Origin: an uncultured Verrucomicrobia subdivision 3 bacterium
GTDB taxonomy: Bacteria > Verrucomicrobiota > Verrucomicrobiia > Limisphaerales > UBA11358
Assembly: GCA_903895255.1 (NCBI GenBank)
Contig: CAITTG010000049.1
Span: 30,080 to 94,079 of the forward strand
Direction of reading: 5' to 3'
DNA: 64,000 bases
Below the pieces are notes generated by a model. The model did no database searches. It saw nothing but the letters and a program-made list of their open reading frames with translations, and was not told the origin of the DNA. This document shows positions 36,842-46,031 of the stretch, piece by piece. A program made the position numbers and the translations under genes. The first letter of the stretch is position 1. Each line of letters starts with the position of its first letter.

Positions 36842-38542
36842 GTGCTTGCCCTAACTTCCTCATTGCCCCCGCCCGCCGGGATTGGTAAGCTCTCCCCCTA
36901 TTTAAAAGTGGAGACCATCGACAATACACCAACACCCGCCGCCCTCGGCCAGCCGCCGGTGCCGGCCTCCCCTGCGGCTCCCTGGACCGGTCGGGACTGG
37001 CTCATCGCGGGCCTCCTCATCTTTGGCTTTGCCCCGTTGCTGCTGCAGTTTTTCACCAATCTCTGGGAACGGCCTTATTACCAGTTTTTCCCCATGGCCC
37101 TCGCCGGGGCCGTCCTGCTGGCGAAACGTGGGCTGGAGGAGCTGCCCCGGCCCCTCGCCCCCGGCGCGTTTGTCCTCACGATCCTCCTCCTCCTCGCCTC
37201 CTTTGGTCTGCTGGCGCTGGGCCTGCTCCTGTGGTCTCCCTGGCTGGCTGGGATTGCCGCCCTGCTGTGTGTGGCCGGGCTGGCCTGGGGCAATGGCGGC
37301 TGGCGCGCCTTGCGGGCCGTCGTTCCCGCGCTCTTGCTCCTCTGCACCTTTATCCCCCCGCCGCTGGCCCTGGACGCGCGCTTGATGGTCGCCCTCCGCG
37401 GCCTCGCGGTGCAATGGAGCAGCCGCCTGCTCGATTTCCTGGGCGTCGTGCACTCCCTGAGCGGCAATGTCATCGACCTGCCCCAGCGCCAGTTGCTCGT
37501 CGAGGAGGCCTGCAGTGGCATTAACTCCGTGCTCCTCACCCTCGCCACCTGCGTCTTCTTCCTCTTCTGGCGTCGCCGCCCCCTCTGGCGGCTGCTCGTT
37601 TGCCTGCCCTTTGTCTTCGCCGGCGTTCTGCTCGGCAATGTCATCCGCATTTGTTTCGGCGCCTGGCTCCAGTTTTATTTTCACCATGATATTCTCTCCG
37701 GCTGGCGGCACGAAACCGTCGGTCTCATTTTGCTGGTCGGCTATGTGGCCTTGATCGTCAGTCTGGACGAATGCCTGGAATTTCTCACCCACCCGGTTCA
37801 ACCGGGTCCGCCCGTCACCCCGCCTGCGGCCGCCCCGCTGGCCCGGCCGTCCCTGGCGGCCGCCGTGGCTCCCGGTTGGATGCTCATGGTGGCCGTCGGC
37901 TTTGCCCTGCTGGGGACCGTCACCCTGGGAGTGAGACTGCACGCCCAAAAAAAGCATTACCATCTGGCCGGCCACACCGCTCTTCCCGCCAACACCACCT
38001 TCAACCTGCCCGCCCGCATCGGCGGCTGGCAGCGATTGGACTCCGCCATCCCTTTCCACAAGGCCCAGACCCAGGGGATTAACTCCCAGTCCTGGAATTA
38101 TCAAAATGGCGATCTGGTGGCCTCCGTGGCCATCGATTATCCATTTCTCGGCTACCACGATGTGCGGGAATGTTACAGTCTCGTTGGCTGGTCCATTGAT
38201 CACGCCGAACGCGAATCCTCCCCCGGTGGCCCGGGTGACCCGGCCGGTATTCCCCACATGGCCGTCGAAATGTCCCGTGAACCCGTAAGCCATGCCTCCC
38301 TCTGGTTTAGCACCGTGGATGAGGAGGGCAATTGGCTGGAACGCCCGGCGGTTGCCAAGGGCCTGTTGGAGCGCTGGCAATTAACCGACCAGCCGCTGAC
38401 CAGCAGTTACCGGGTGCAATTGCTCGTGACGGCTTACGCCCCCCTTTCGGCGGCGGAACGGGACCAGGCCCGGCAATTGTTCTTCGCCGCCCGCCAGGAA
38501 CTGGTGCGGCAGTTGCTCGAAAAATTGCGGGGTAAACCATGA
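36842..38542 (+). CDS. exosortase fused to a C-terminal EpsI-like domain (start uncertain)
   Basis: Multi-TM N-half with the catalytic-Cys motif VEEACSGINSVLL, downstream GNVIRI (Arg) and a conserved His region. The C-terminal ~200-aa periplasmic domain follows an extra TM, as in EpsI fusions. Confidence 0.8.
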   Translation: MLALTSSLPPPAGIGKLSPYLKVETIDNTPTPAALGQPPVPASPAAPWTGRDWLIAGLLIFGFAPLLLQFFTNLWERPYYQFFPMALAGAVLLAKRGLEELPRPLAPGAFVLTILLLLASFGLLALGLLLWSPWLAGIAALLCVAGLAWGNGGWRALRAVVPALLLLCTFIPPPLALDARLMVALRGLAVQWSSRLLDFLGVVHSLSGNVIDLPQRQLLVEEACSGINSVLLTLATCVFFLFWRRRPLWRLLVCLPFVFAGVLLGNVIRICFGAWLQFYFHHDILSGWRHETVGLILLVGYVALIVSLDECLEFLTHPVQPGPPVTPPAAAPLARPSLAAAVAPGWMLMVAVGFALLGTVTLGVRLHAQKKHYHLAGHTALPANTTFNLPARIGGWQRLDSAIPFHKAQTQGINSQSWNYQNGDLVASVAIDYPFLGYHDVRECYSLVGWSIDHAERESSPGGPGDPAGIPHMAVEMSREPVSHASLWFSTVDEEGNWLERPAVAKGLLERWQLTDQPLTSSYRVQLLVTAYAPLSAAERDQARQLFFAARQELVRQLLEKLRGKP

Positions 38543-40101
38543 AAACCAGGATTTCACTTGCGGCTTGGTTCAAAACCCGCCCCCGGGGGCGGATCTGGCT
38601 GTGTCTGCCCGCCCTCTTCGCCGTCGGTGCTTGTGCCACCTTCGGCCTGTTGCTCCTGTGCTGGTCGCCCCTGCGGACTGCCACCCGTTATACCCTCATC
38701 GTTGACCGCGCCCTGGCGGTCCATGACTTCAACACTGCCCGGGTGGCCAACCAGCGTCGCCTCGCCCTGGGCATTGCCCCCCGGACCGAAGTCCTCTTCA
38801 AACTGGCCGAATCACTCGATGGCTTGGGCCAGCATCAGGAAGCCTTTGCCATCATGACCAAACTCGCCCCCGCGGATCGGCCCGGTTACGCGCCCGCCCA
38901 TCTCGTCCTCGCCGAATCCTTGCTGCGCCATGACCGCCTGACCGCCCCGGCCATCCGGGCCGTGGAACTCCACCTGGCATTCATCGCCGCCATCGAACCG
39001 CATTCCCCCGCGGCCCAGGCCATGCTCAAGTATCTCCACGAACAGTTTGTCGCCTGGCAGGCCGGCACCTCCAACCACCTGAGCCTTGATCCCGCGGCGC
39101 TCGCCACCCATGAGGTCGCGGCCTGGGTGTTTTTTCAAACCAAAGACTGGTCCGCCGCCAAACCTCACCTCCTCGCCGAGGCCCCCTACAACCCTTCCGT
39201 CAACCTGATGCTCGCGGACTTGGCCGCCGCCAACGACGACCCGGCCGGCGTCCGCCACTGGAACTTGCAAGCCGAGGCGGCCTTCCGCAAGCAAGTCACC
39301 CAATCCCCCAAGGACGTGCCCGGTGACCGCTTAAATTGGGTCCAGGCCGAGGTGCGCCTCGGACAGTATGATGCGGCCCGGCAAATTCTTGAACAGGGTG
39401 GGCAACTCTCCGGCACCAATACCTATGCCGGCGCCCTCGCCGGCCTCTATGCCCTCTGGGCCCAGCAAATCACCCAAACCCAGCCCGGTAACCTCGCCGC
39501 CCGCCTCCAATGTCTCCAAGCCGGATTGGCCTGGGATTCCTTTAACCCATCCTTGATCGAGCAATTATCCGCCTTGAGCCGGCTCGAGGGGCCGGCGGCC
39601 AAAACCGCCGGCGAAACCCTCGACAAGCTGCTGGCCGACGGCCCGCCGGCGGCCGCGCGCCTGTCCGTTTTAGGCATGACCGCCTGGCGGCAGGGCGACC
39701 AGGAGACCGCCCAAACCTATATGCGCCGGGCCTATGCGCTGGATCCCCGGGAGCCCGACCTGATCAATAACATGGCCATGATGCTGGCCCTCAGCGACCA
39801 GCCCGACCTCGATGGTGCTTTGGCCCTCATTCAAACCCTCCTTGATCAAAATCCCGAGCAACCCCATTACCGCGACACTCGCGGCCAGATTTATGTCCTC
39901 ATGGGGCGCTATGAAGACGGGTTGCGCGACCTGGAATATTCCCTCCCCCGCCTCAATAATCCCCCCAGCACCGAAAAAATGCTCGCCCGGGCCTATCGTC
40001 AGCTTTCCGCCCGCAATGGCAACCCCAAATTGATGGATATTGCTGTTCGTTTCGAAAAACTCGCCGCCGAAAGTGACCCCGTCACCGTGAGCAGTCCCTA
40101 G
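38539..40101 (+). CDS. TPR-repeat membrane-anchored protein, translationally coupled to the exosortase
   Basis: ATGA overlap with the exosortase stop. N-terminal TM helix, then multiple TPR-like helical repeats (e.g. AQTYMRRAYALDPREPDLINNMAMMLA). Confidence 0.75.
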   Translation: MKTRISLAAWFKTRPRGRIWLCLPALFAVGACATFGLLLLCWSPLRTATRYTLIVDRALAVHDFNTARVANQRRLALGIAPRTEVLFKLAESLDGLGQHQEAFAIMTKLAPADRPGYAPAHLVLAESLLRHDRLTAPAIRAVELHLAFIAAIEPHSPAAQAMLKYLHEQFVAWQAGTSNHLSLDPAALATHEVAAWVFFQTKDWSAAKPHLLAEAPYNPSVNLMLADLAAANDDPAGVRHWNLQAEAAFRKQVTQSPKDVPGDRLNWVQAEVRLGQYDAARQILEQGGQLSGTNTYAGALAGLYALWAQQITQTQPGNLAARLQCLQAGLAWDSFNPSLIEQLSALSRLEGPAAKTAGETLDKLLADGPPAAARLSVLGMTAWRQGDQETAQTYMRRAYALDPREPDLINNMAMMLALSDQPDLDGALALIQTLLDQNPEQPHYRDTRGQIYVLMGRYEDGLRDLEYSLPRLNNPPSTEKMLARAYRQLSARNGNPKLMDIAVRFEKLAAESDPVTVSSP

Positions 40102-41141
40102 CCGGTTGGTCCGGCGGCCTCCAGTCCGCGCGCCAGCACCCGGCGCACCTGTGCCAGCACCCGGTCGGGTGCCAGCGTCCGCAAACATGCTTGCGGTTCC
40201 TGATAGGTGCACCGCGGCGACAGGCACGGCGAGCAGGGGAGTTCCATCCGCAAGACCGCCGCCGCCTGCCCGTACGGACCCGTCCGGCTGGGTTCCGTGG
40301 GGCCAAACAACGCCACCAGCGGCTTGTTCAGCGCGGCGGCCACATGCATCGGCCCCGTGTCATTCGTCACCATTAAACCACTGCGCCGCACCCACTCCAC
40401 CATTTCCGGCAGACTCGTTCGTCCGCATAAATTCACGCAATGCTCCGGCGCTGAAGCGCTGATCACCCGGCCCAGCGGTTCGTCCGCCCCGCTGCCCAAT
40501 ATTGCAAACCGCACCCCCCCGGTTTCGCTAACCAGCCGGCGCACCAATTCCGCAAAAAATTCGGCCGGCCAGCGTTTGTTATCCCAGCGCGCCCCCGGTT
40601 GCAGTGCGATCCAGCGAAGTCCCGCGCCCGGCCAGCGCGCCGCCACCGCCGCGGCGACCTGCGGCCGTTCCGGCAGCCAGACGAAATCCTGGTCCACCGG
40701 CACCCCCAGCGCCGGCAGCACCGCCAGATACCAGTCCACCGCATGCGTGTTAAACGAGGCCCGGCGCACCGCCACATCGTAAAACCCGCGCGCCCCTTCC
40801 CGCACTTCATCCAGCCCAATCAGCCGCCGCCCATTGGCCAGCCACGCAAACGCCGCGCTCCGCGCCAGGCATTGCAGATCAATGACCCAGTCAAATTCCC
40901 GCGCCCGCGTCTCCCGGATGCTGCGGATCAGCTCCGGCCAGAAACGCGGCTTCGCCCAGCGCTTGCGTTCGAAACGGATGATGCCCGTGAGGTCGGGATC
41001 CCCCTCGATCAAGGGGGCCAGGGCGGAATCAATCCACCAGAAGATTTCACTGTCCGGAAGATGCTTTTTGAGCAGCCGCAACACCGGCAGGGCTTGAATC
41101 ACATCACCCAGCGAACTGGGTTTGAGGATGAGAATTCTCAA
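40098..41141 (-). CDS. glycosyltransferase family 9 (LPS heptosyltransferase-like)
   Basis: MRILILKPSSLGDVIQALPVLRLLK..., ...LCGRTSLPEMV... and ...TNDTGPMHVAAAL... are GT9 hallmarks. Confidence 0.88.
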   Translation of the reverse strand: MRILILKPSSLGDVIQALPVLRLLKKHLPDSEIFWWIDSALAPLIEGDPDLTGIIRFERKRWAKPRFWPELIRSIRETRAREFDWVIDLQCLARSAAFAWLANGRRLIGLDEVREGARGFYDVAVRRASFNTHAVDWYLAVLPALGVPVDQDFVWLPERPQVAAAVAARWPGAGLRWIALQPGARWDNKRWPAEFFAELVRRLVSETGGVRFAILGSGADEPLGRVISASAPEHCVNLCGRTSLPEMVEWVRRSGLMVTNDTGPMHVAAALNKPLVALFGPTEPSRTGPYGQAAAVLRMELPCSPCLSPRCTYQEPQACLRTLAPDRVLAQVRRVLARGLEAAGPTG

Positions 41142-41194
41142 GTCAGATGCGTCCCGTCGCGCCGGGGCCTTTCGGCGCTGGCTTCGGGACGGAT

Positions 41195-41917
41195 TTAGCG
41201 GCCGAATTCCAGCCGCTCCGCCAGCCGCTCCGGCAGCCCGGCCGCCCGGATTTTTTCCTGCGTCGTGGGAATGTCGTAATCCAGGCGCCGCAATTCAATC
41301 GTCCCCGCGTCGGTGTCAAACACCACGTACGCCGCCTTCGGATTGTTGTCGCGCGGCTGCCCCACCGCCCCCACGTTCACAAAATATTTCTTCGAAACAT
41401 CGATTTTGAATTTCGAATATGTCCCGCCCCGCACCACGCTGTCGCGCATAAACGCCACCGGCACATGCGTGTGCCCAAAAAAACAAACCTGCGTGTTCTG
41501 ATACGGAAAACTCGCCGCCGCCGCCAGTTTGTCGAAGACATAACCCCAGCGCTGCGGCGCGTCCAGCGTCGCATGCACAATCGTGAAATTCCCCACCATC
41601 CGCGAATATTTCAGATCCCGCAACCACTGCCGGTCGTCCGTCGTCAACTGGTTCCGCGTCCAGTGCACCGCCTCCGCCGCGTGCGGATTAAACCCCTCCA
41701 GCGCGTCCTCGCTCGAGCAATATTCGTCGTGATTGCCCTTCACACACGGAATGTTCATGTCCCGCACGATCTGGAGGCATTCCTTCGGATTCGCGTTGTA
41801 ACCCACCACGTCCCCCAGGCAAACGATCTGGTTGACGTTCTGGGTTTTGATATCCTCCAAAACCGTCTGGAAGGCTTCCAAATTGCCGTGTATGTCTGCG
41901 ATGATGGCGTATTTCAT
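41195..41917 (-). CDS. metallophosphoesterase family protein (YfcE/ApaH-like)
   Basis: IADIHGN, GDVVGYN, GNHD and GHTH motifs, 240 aa. Confidence 0.85.
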   Translation of the reverse strand: MKYAIIADIHGNLEAFQTVLEDIKTQNVNQIVCLGDVVGYNANPKECLQIVRDMNIPCVKGNHDEYCSSEDALEGFNPHAAEAVHWTRNQLTTDDRQWLRDLKYSRMVGNFTIVHATLDAPQRWGYVFDKLAAAASFPYQNTQVCFFGHTHVPVAFMRDSVVRGGTYSKFKIDVSKKYFVNVGAVGQPRDNNPKAAYVVFDTDAGTIELRRLDYDIPTTQEKIRAAGLPERLAERLEFGR

Positions 41918-42183
41918 TCCAAACTAATAATTTCAAATCCGCGAAATTTATTTTGCGCGCTGTTCCAACTTACCTGCTCGGACCGGATAAATCCAGCAAG
42001 TCCTTCATTTCTAATCGCCGCCCAAAAAGCCTCCAGCTCCTCGCGCAAGCCCTCGGCCGTTAATTCCACCCGTCCGTCTGGCAGGTTCCCCACCACTCCG
42101 GTCACCGCAAATCCCGCCGCCACCCGCTTGCTCGCGTACCGAAAACCCACCCCTTGAACCCGTCCGGTATAAGTGACGGTCAT
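41914..42183 (-). CDS. acyP: acylphosphatase
   Basis: VTYTGRVQGVGFRYASKRVA...VTGVVGNLPDGRVELTAEG is the acylphosphatase signature. ATG 42183 is preferred. Its stop overlaps the next gene's start. Confidence 0.88.
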   Translation of the reverse strand: MTVTYTGRVQGVGFRYASKRVAAGFAVTGVVGNLPDGRVELTAEGLREELEAFWAAIRNEGLAGFIRSEQVSWNSAQNKFRGFEIISLE

Positions 42184-42680
42184 TTGGCAGCGTCCGGAAA
42201 TATCAATTGTTTGGCCCAAAAGAAGATAAAGCCAAATCCCGTCCCCGCACGCAATGTTTTTTCAAAAATACCCCGCCCCTGCCGGATAATGTTCCCGAAC
42301 ATCCCCTGGCGATTCGTCCCCTGCGTCCCATCCGTCCTATCCAGCCAGCGGCGCCCACCGCGCTCTGCCCGGCACCCCCGCTGTCAAAAATACCGCCGCC
42401 CGCCCCGAGTGCCCCATCCTCGTGGGCCAGCCGGGTCCACTCCCCGGCGTCAACCCTGAACTCGTAGGAAACGACGTGAGGAGTTTCTGAAATCTTTCCT
42501 GGTCGCTTCTAGAATCGCCATTTCCTGACGCCAAATCACCCTCTCATCGTCAGCTTCAATTCATCTGTAAACCAACGCAAATTAGGTTGATAACCATGAA
42601 ATTTGGAAATAACGTCACCTTATGCGCAAGCATCTTAAACGCTTACTGCGGTCGAATCTCTTTTAGCCAGCACCTTCGCC

Positions 42681-43043
42681 ATGCACGTCGTTATTGCATC
42701 TGTAATGGGAGGTCTCGGAGATGCGGCTGAATTTATCATGCTGAGTTTGTTTGGCCTTGCCTTGTTAACTATGGGCGGCTTTCTCGTGTTTTCTTGGCGG
42801 CGGTGTTCTTTGATTGCGGCTCGTTTTGCTTGGGTGTTTGTTTTCGCTATTGGCGTTCTCTTTGTTAGGCCTTGGTTTTTTTTAGTGCCGCCGTCATCAG
42901 GAGATCCAGACGAGGCCTGCTTTTACCTCATAGGCCGCTTGCTCTGCATGACTTGGGCATCGCTTATTATTGCCACTGTAGCATGCTTTGCCAGAGCGAA
43001 GCGACACCAGCAGTCCAAGCCAGATGCACAAAATGCCACCTAA
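42681..43043 (+). CDS. small hypothetical multi-TM protein (AT-rich islet)
   Basis: 120 aa with 3-4 hydrophobic helices and no recognisable family. Composition is unlike the flanking genes. Confidence 0.5.
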   Translation: MHVVIASVMGGLGDAAEFIMLSLFGLALLTMGGFLVFSWRRCSLIAARFAWVFVFAIGVLFVRPWFFLVPPSSGDPDEACFYLIGRLLCMTWASLIIATVACFARAKRHQQSKPDAQNAT

Positions 43044-43139
43044 ACACTCGTCTGAGCTAGCCCCCATTGGCGCTCTCCCTTCCGCGCACACGGTTCACTT
43101 GGCCCGTCGGCGCAGGCTCAGTTTTTTTCGTTACTCAGC

Positions 43140-43463
43140 ATGATTACATCACAATTATCTAAAAAGTCGTTCTCTAATCGAGCGGCTTGGTTCAGCTTTA
43201 TCACGCCATTGGTGACCTTCGGGCTCACGCTGGTGGTCGCGAAGGTTGCTTTAAATAGCAATACCATGGATGAATATTTACTTGGCGCATTTTGTGTCCA
43301 GGTTGTCAGCCTGATTCTAGGCGTTGTGAGCTTGTTCGGGATACCCAAACATGGTGCGCGGCTTATTGCTTGGAAAGCAGTGATTGGCATTCTAGCCAGC
43401 TGCGGCATGGGAATTTTGATTTTTTTGTTTGCGATAGGAAATGCGTTGGGACGCAATTGTTGA
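43140..43463 (+). CDS. small hypothetical multi-TM protein (AT-rich islet)
   Basis: 107 aa with 3 hydrophobic helices (WFSFITPLVTFGLTLVVA, LGAFCVQVVSLILGVVSLF, IGILASCGMGILIFLFAIG). No family recognised. Confidence 0.5.
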   Translation: MITSQLSKKSFSNRAAWFSFITPLVTFGLTLVVAKVALNSNTMDEYLLGAFCVQVVSLILGVVSLFGIPKHGARLIAWKAVIGILASCGMGILIFLFAIGNALGRNC

Positions 43464-43539
43464 ATTACCATTCTGCCTGACACCACGCTGGCGCCAGCGC
43501 CGATGCCGCCTGCTAATTTTCGTTGCGGGTTCCCGGCGC

Positions 43540-43556
43540 GCGGGTCCGTGACCCGC
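43540..43556. repeat. REP-like 17-nt palindrome, copy C
   Basis: GCGGGTCCGTGACCCGC preceded by CCCGGCGC and followed by AGCATG, as in copy B. Confidence 0.8.
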
Positions 43557-43741
43557 AGCATGCCCGATGGCCGTGTGATGTTAGAATAGAATCCATCTCC
43601 CCGCACCGGAGCGCTCCCACTCGTCCGCTGTCCCCCTTGAATATTGAAGTTTGATGATTCCCTGAAGTTTGGATTTTGAAATTTGAAGTTTCTCCCCCCC
43701 TACCGCATTCATCACGCTGGCCGGCATTCGGTTACCGGCTC

Positions 43742-43758
43742 GCGGGTCCGTGACCCGC
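43742..43758. repeat. REP-like 17-nt palindrome, copy D
   Basis: GCGGGTCCGTGACCCGC in the same orientation, 202 bp after copy C. Confidence 0.8.
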
Positions 43759-43872
43759 AGCCCTCCCGCCTGCCATGTGACCGCTGAATTCAATTCCCCG
43801 TCCTACTTTTCCCTAATGATTGAATTTTGTTTATTCAGGGGGGTGGTGCGTGGAGCTTCCCCCTGCTCCCAT

Positions 43873-43890
43873 CCCCCTCAATTGAGGGGG
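43873..43890. repeat. perfect 18-bp palindrome upstream of the pilus cluster
   Basis: CCCCCTCAATTGAGGGGG, flanked by partly complementary CCCTGC...GCAGGG. It lies ~300 bp upstream of pilM. Confidence 0.6.
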
Positions 43891-44190
43891 GGCAGGGCAG
43901 GGTACCGCCGCCGCCCTGCGGGTGTATATTTCGGTTCTTTGCCCCCGTCTGCCCGACTCCTTCGGGTTGAAATTGCGGCCCAGCTTTCGCTCCGTGGCAA
44001 CCCGTTATTGCCCCCCCACCGGCAATCCCCGGCGCGTCTCATATCCCGTCTCATACAAAATATTTAATACTTTGCATGGTTTCTATTTGACCACCGGCCT
44101 TTTTTCCCGTAATCACCACGGGCAGCCGCCGTGGGATTATGTTTAATAGTTCTTAAGCTCTCCCTTGCGCGGCCCTAAAGCAAAACAGCA

Positions 44191-46029
44191 ATGCTGAACA
44201 CGAAGTCATTTTTGGCGGTGGATTTTGGGGCGGGCAGCCTCAAGCTGGCTGATTTTGAAACCAATGAGGTCGGCGGTCTGCGCCTCAAAAATTTCGCCAT
44301 CAAAGCCCTCGGCCTGGAAGGTTCCCAGGATGCCACCCGCGAAGCCACCGTTGTCAAGGCCCTCCAGGACACCCTCGCCGAACTGGGCCTCAAATCCAAA
44401 AACGTCAACGTCTGCGCCCCCGGCTTTCAAGTCTTTTCCAAGTTCGTCAAACTGCCCCCGGTGGATGCCGCCAAGGTCACCCAGATCATCCAATACGAGG
44501 CCCAGCAAAACGTGCCGTTCCCCCTCGCCGAGGTCGTCTGGGATTATCAAATTCTCGGCGCCGCCGCCAGTGGTGAACTCGAGGTCCTCCTCGTCGCCAT
44601 CAAATCCGACGTCGTCGAAGGCCTGTTTCGCGTGGCCGAAAAAGCCAAGCTGAAATTAACCCTCTGTGACGCCTCCCCGGCCGCCTTGTGCAACGCCTTC
44701 CGCTTCAATTACGGCGATCTGGAAGATTGCACCATGCTCCTGGACATTGGCGCCAAAACCAGCAACCTCCTCTTTTTTGAAAAAGGCAAGGTCTTCTCCC
44801 GCAGCATCAACCTCGGGGCCAATGCCATCACCCAGGATTTTGCCAACGATCAAAAATTAAAATTTCCCGACGCCGAGAAAATCAAAATCGCCGAGGGCTT
44901 TGTCAGCCTCGGCGGTGCTTACGAGGAACCCGAAAATCCGAACCAGGCCGCCATCTCCAAAATCGCCCGCCAGTTCATGACCAAACTGCACATTCAGGTC
45001 AACCAGACCCTGCAGTTCTATCGCGGTCAGCAGGGCGGCACCGCTCCCCAGCGCCTTTTCCTCTCCGGTGGTGCCTCCATCATGCCCTATACGGCCCAGT
45101 TTTTTGCCGAAAAACTGAACATCCCCGTCGAATATTTCAACCCCTTCCGCAACGTCCAGATTGATCCCTCCGTTAATTTGGAGGATCTCTCCCGCGTGGC
45201 TCATTCCCTCGGCGAAGTCGTCGGCCTCGGCCTCCGCAACCTCGCCAACTGCCCGGTGGAAATGAATCTGATGCCCGACAGCACCTTGCGCTGGCAGGCC
45301 TTCAATCAGAAAAAACCCTATTTCCTCGTCACCGTTTTCAGTCTCGTCTTCGTCGCTTTTACCACCGGCTACCTCTTCTCCAAGCTGGCCGATTTCAAGG
45401 CGGATCAGATCGACACGCTCAATCAGCAGATTGCTCCCAAAACCGCCAAGTCCGAGGCCTTCAAGGCCGCCATGGCCAAACTGGCGGAAAAACAAAAACA
45501 AGCCACTCAGATTTCCAATTACCTCTCCCAGCGATACTATTGGGGTGATGTTTGCGCCGAACTGCGCCGGGTCCTCATGGCCTCCGAGGAAAATGTCCGC
45601 GTCAAACTGTCCGCTCAAAAACCCAACGTTGATGTCGGCATCTGGATCGAGAGTATGATTACCGACCCCAATCTGGGCAATGCCGTCGGCGCCCCCGCCG
45701 CTGGTCCCGGCCCGTCCATGATGGGGATTGGCGGTCCCCGTGGCTTCATGGGTCGCGGCATGCCCATGCCCGCCCCGACTCCCGTCCCGGATGCCACCGC
45801 CGCCGCTGCCGGTTCCACCATCCAACTGGTGTGTCGCTCGGTCAATTTGTCCTCCGTGGATCCCTCCGCCAACACCGCCATCGCTTTTGAAGTGCAAAGC
45901 CAGCTCCAAAACAGTCATTTGTTTGATCCCAAGGCCACCGTGCTCTCGCCGACCATCACGACCGACGATGCGACCGGCACCTTCACTTTCGGCATCACCG
46001 TGGCGTTGCAAAATCCTCTGAAATTGTAA
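44191..46029 (+). CDS. pilM: PilM-like actin-fold ATPase fused to a PilN-like TM/coiled-coil segment (Amuc_1101-type)
   Basis: The N-terminus FLAVDFGAGSLKLADFE...QYEAQQNVPFPL...LLDIGAKTSNL...LSGGAS is the PilM/FtsA-like fold. It continues with TM YFLVTVFSLVFVAFTTGYLF and a coiled coil. Confidence 0.8.
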   Translation: MLNTKSFLAVDFGAGSLKLADFETNEVGGLRLKNFAIKALGLEGSQDATREATVVKALQDTLAELGLKSKNVNVCAPGFQVFSKFVKLPPVDAAKVTQIIQYEAQQNVPFPLAEVVWDYQILGAAASGELEVLLVAIKSDVVEGLFRVAEKAKLKLTLCDASPAALCNAFRFNYGDLEDCTMLLDIGAKTSNLLFFEKGKVFSRSINLGANAITQDFANDQKLKFPDAEKIKIAEGFVSLGGAYEEPENPNQAAISKIARQFMTKLHIQVNQTLQFYRGQQGGTAPQRLFLSGGASIMPYTAQFFAEKLNIPVEYFNPFRNVQIDPSVNLEDLSRVAHSLGEVVGLGLRNLANCPVEMNLMPDSTLRWQAFNQKKPYFLVTVFSLVFVAFTTGYLFSKLADFKADQIDTLNQQIAPKTAKSEAFKAAMAKLAEKQKQATQISNYLSQRYYWGDVCAELRRVLMASEENVRVKLSAQKPNVDVGIWIESMITDPNLGNAVGAPAAGPGPSMMGIGGPRGFMGRGMPMPAPTPVPDATAAAAGSTIQLVCRSVNLSSVDPSANTAIAFEVQSQLQNSHLFDPKATVLSPTITTDDATGTFTFGITVALQNPLKL

Positions 46030-46031
46030 AT

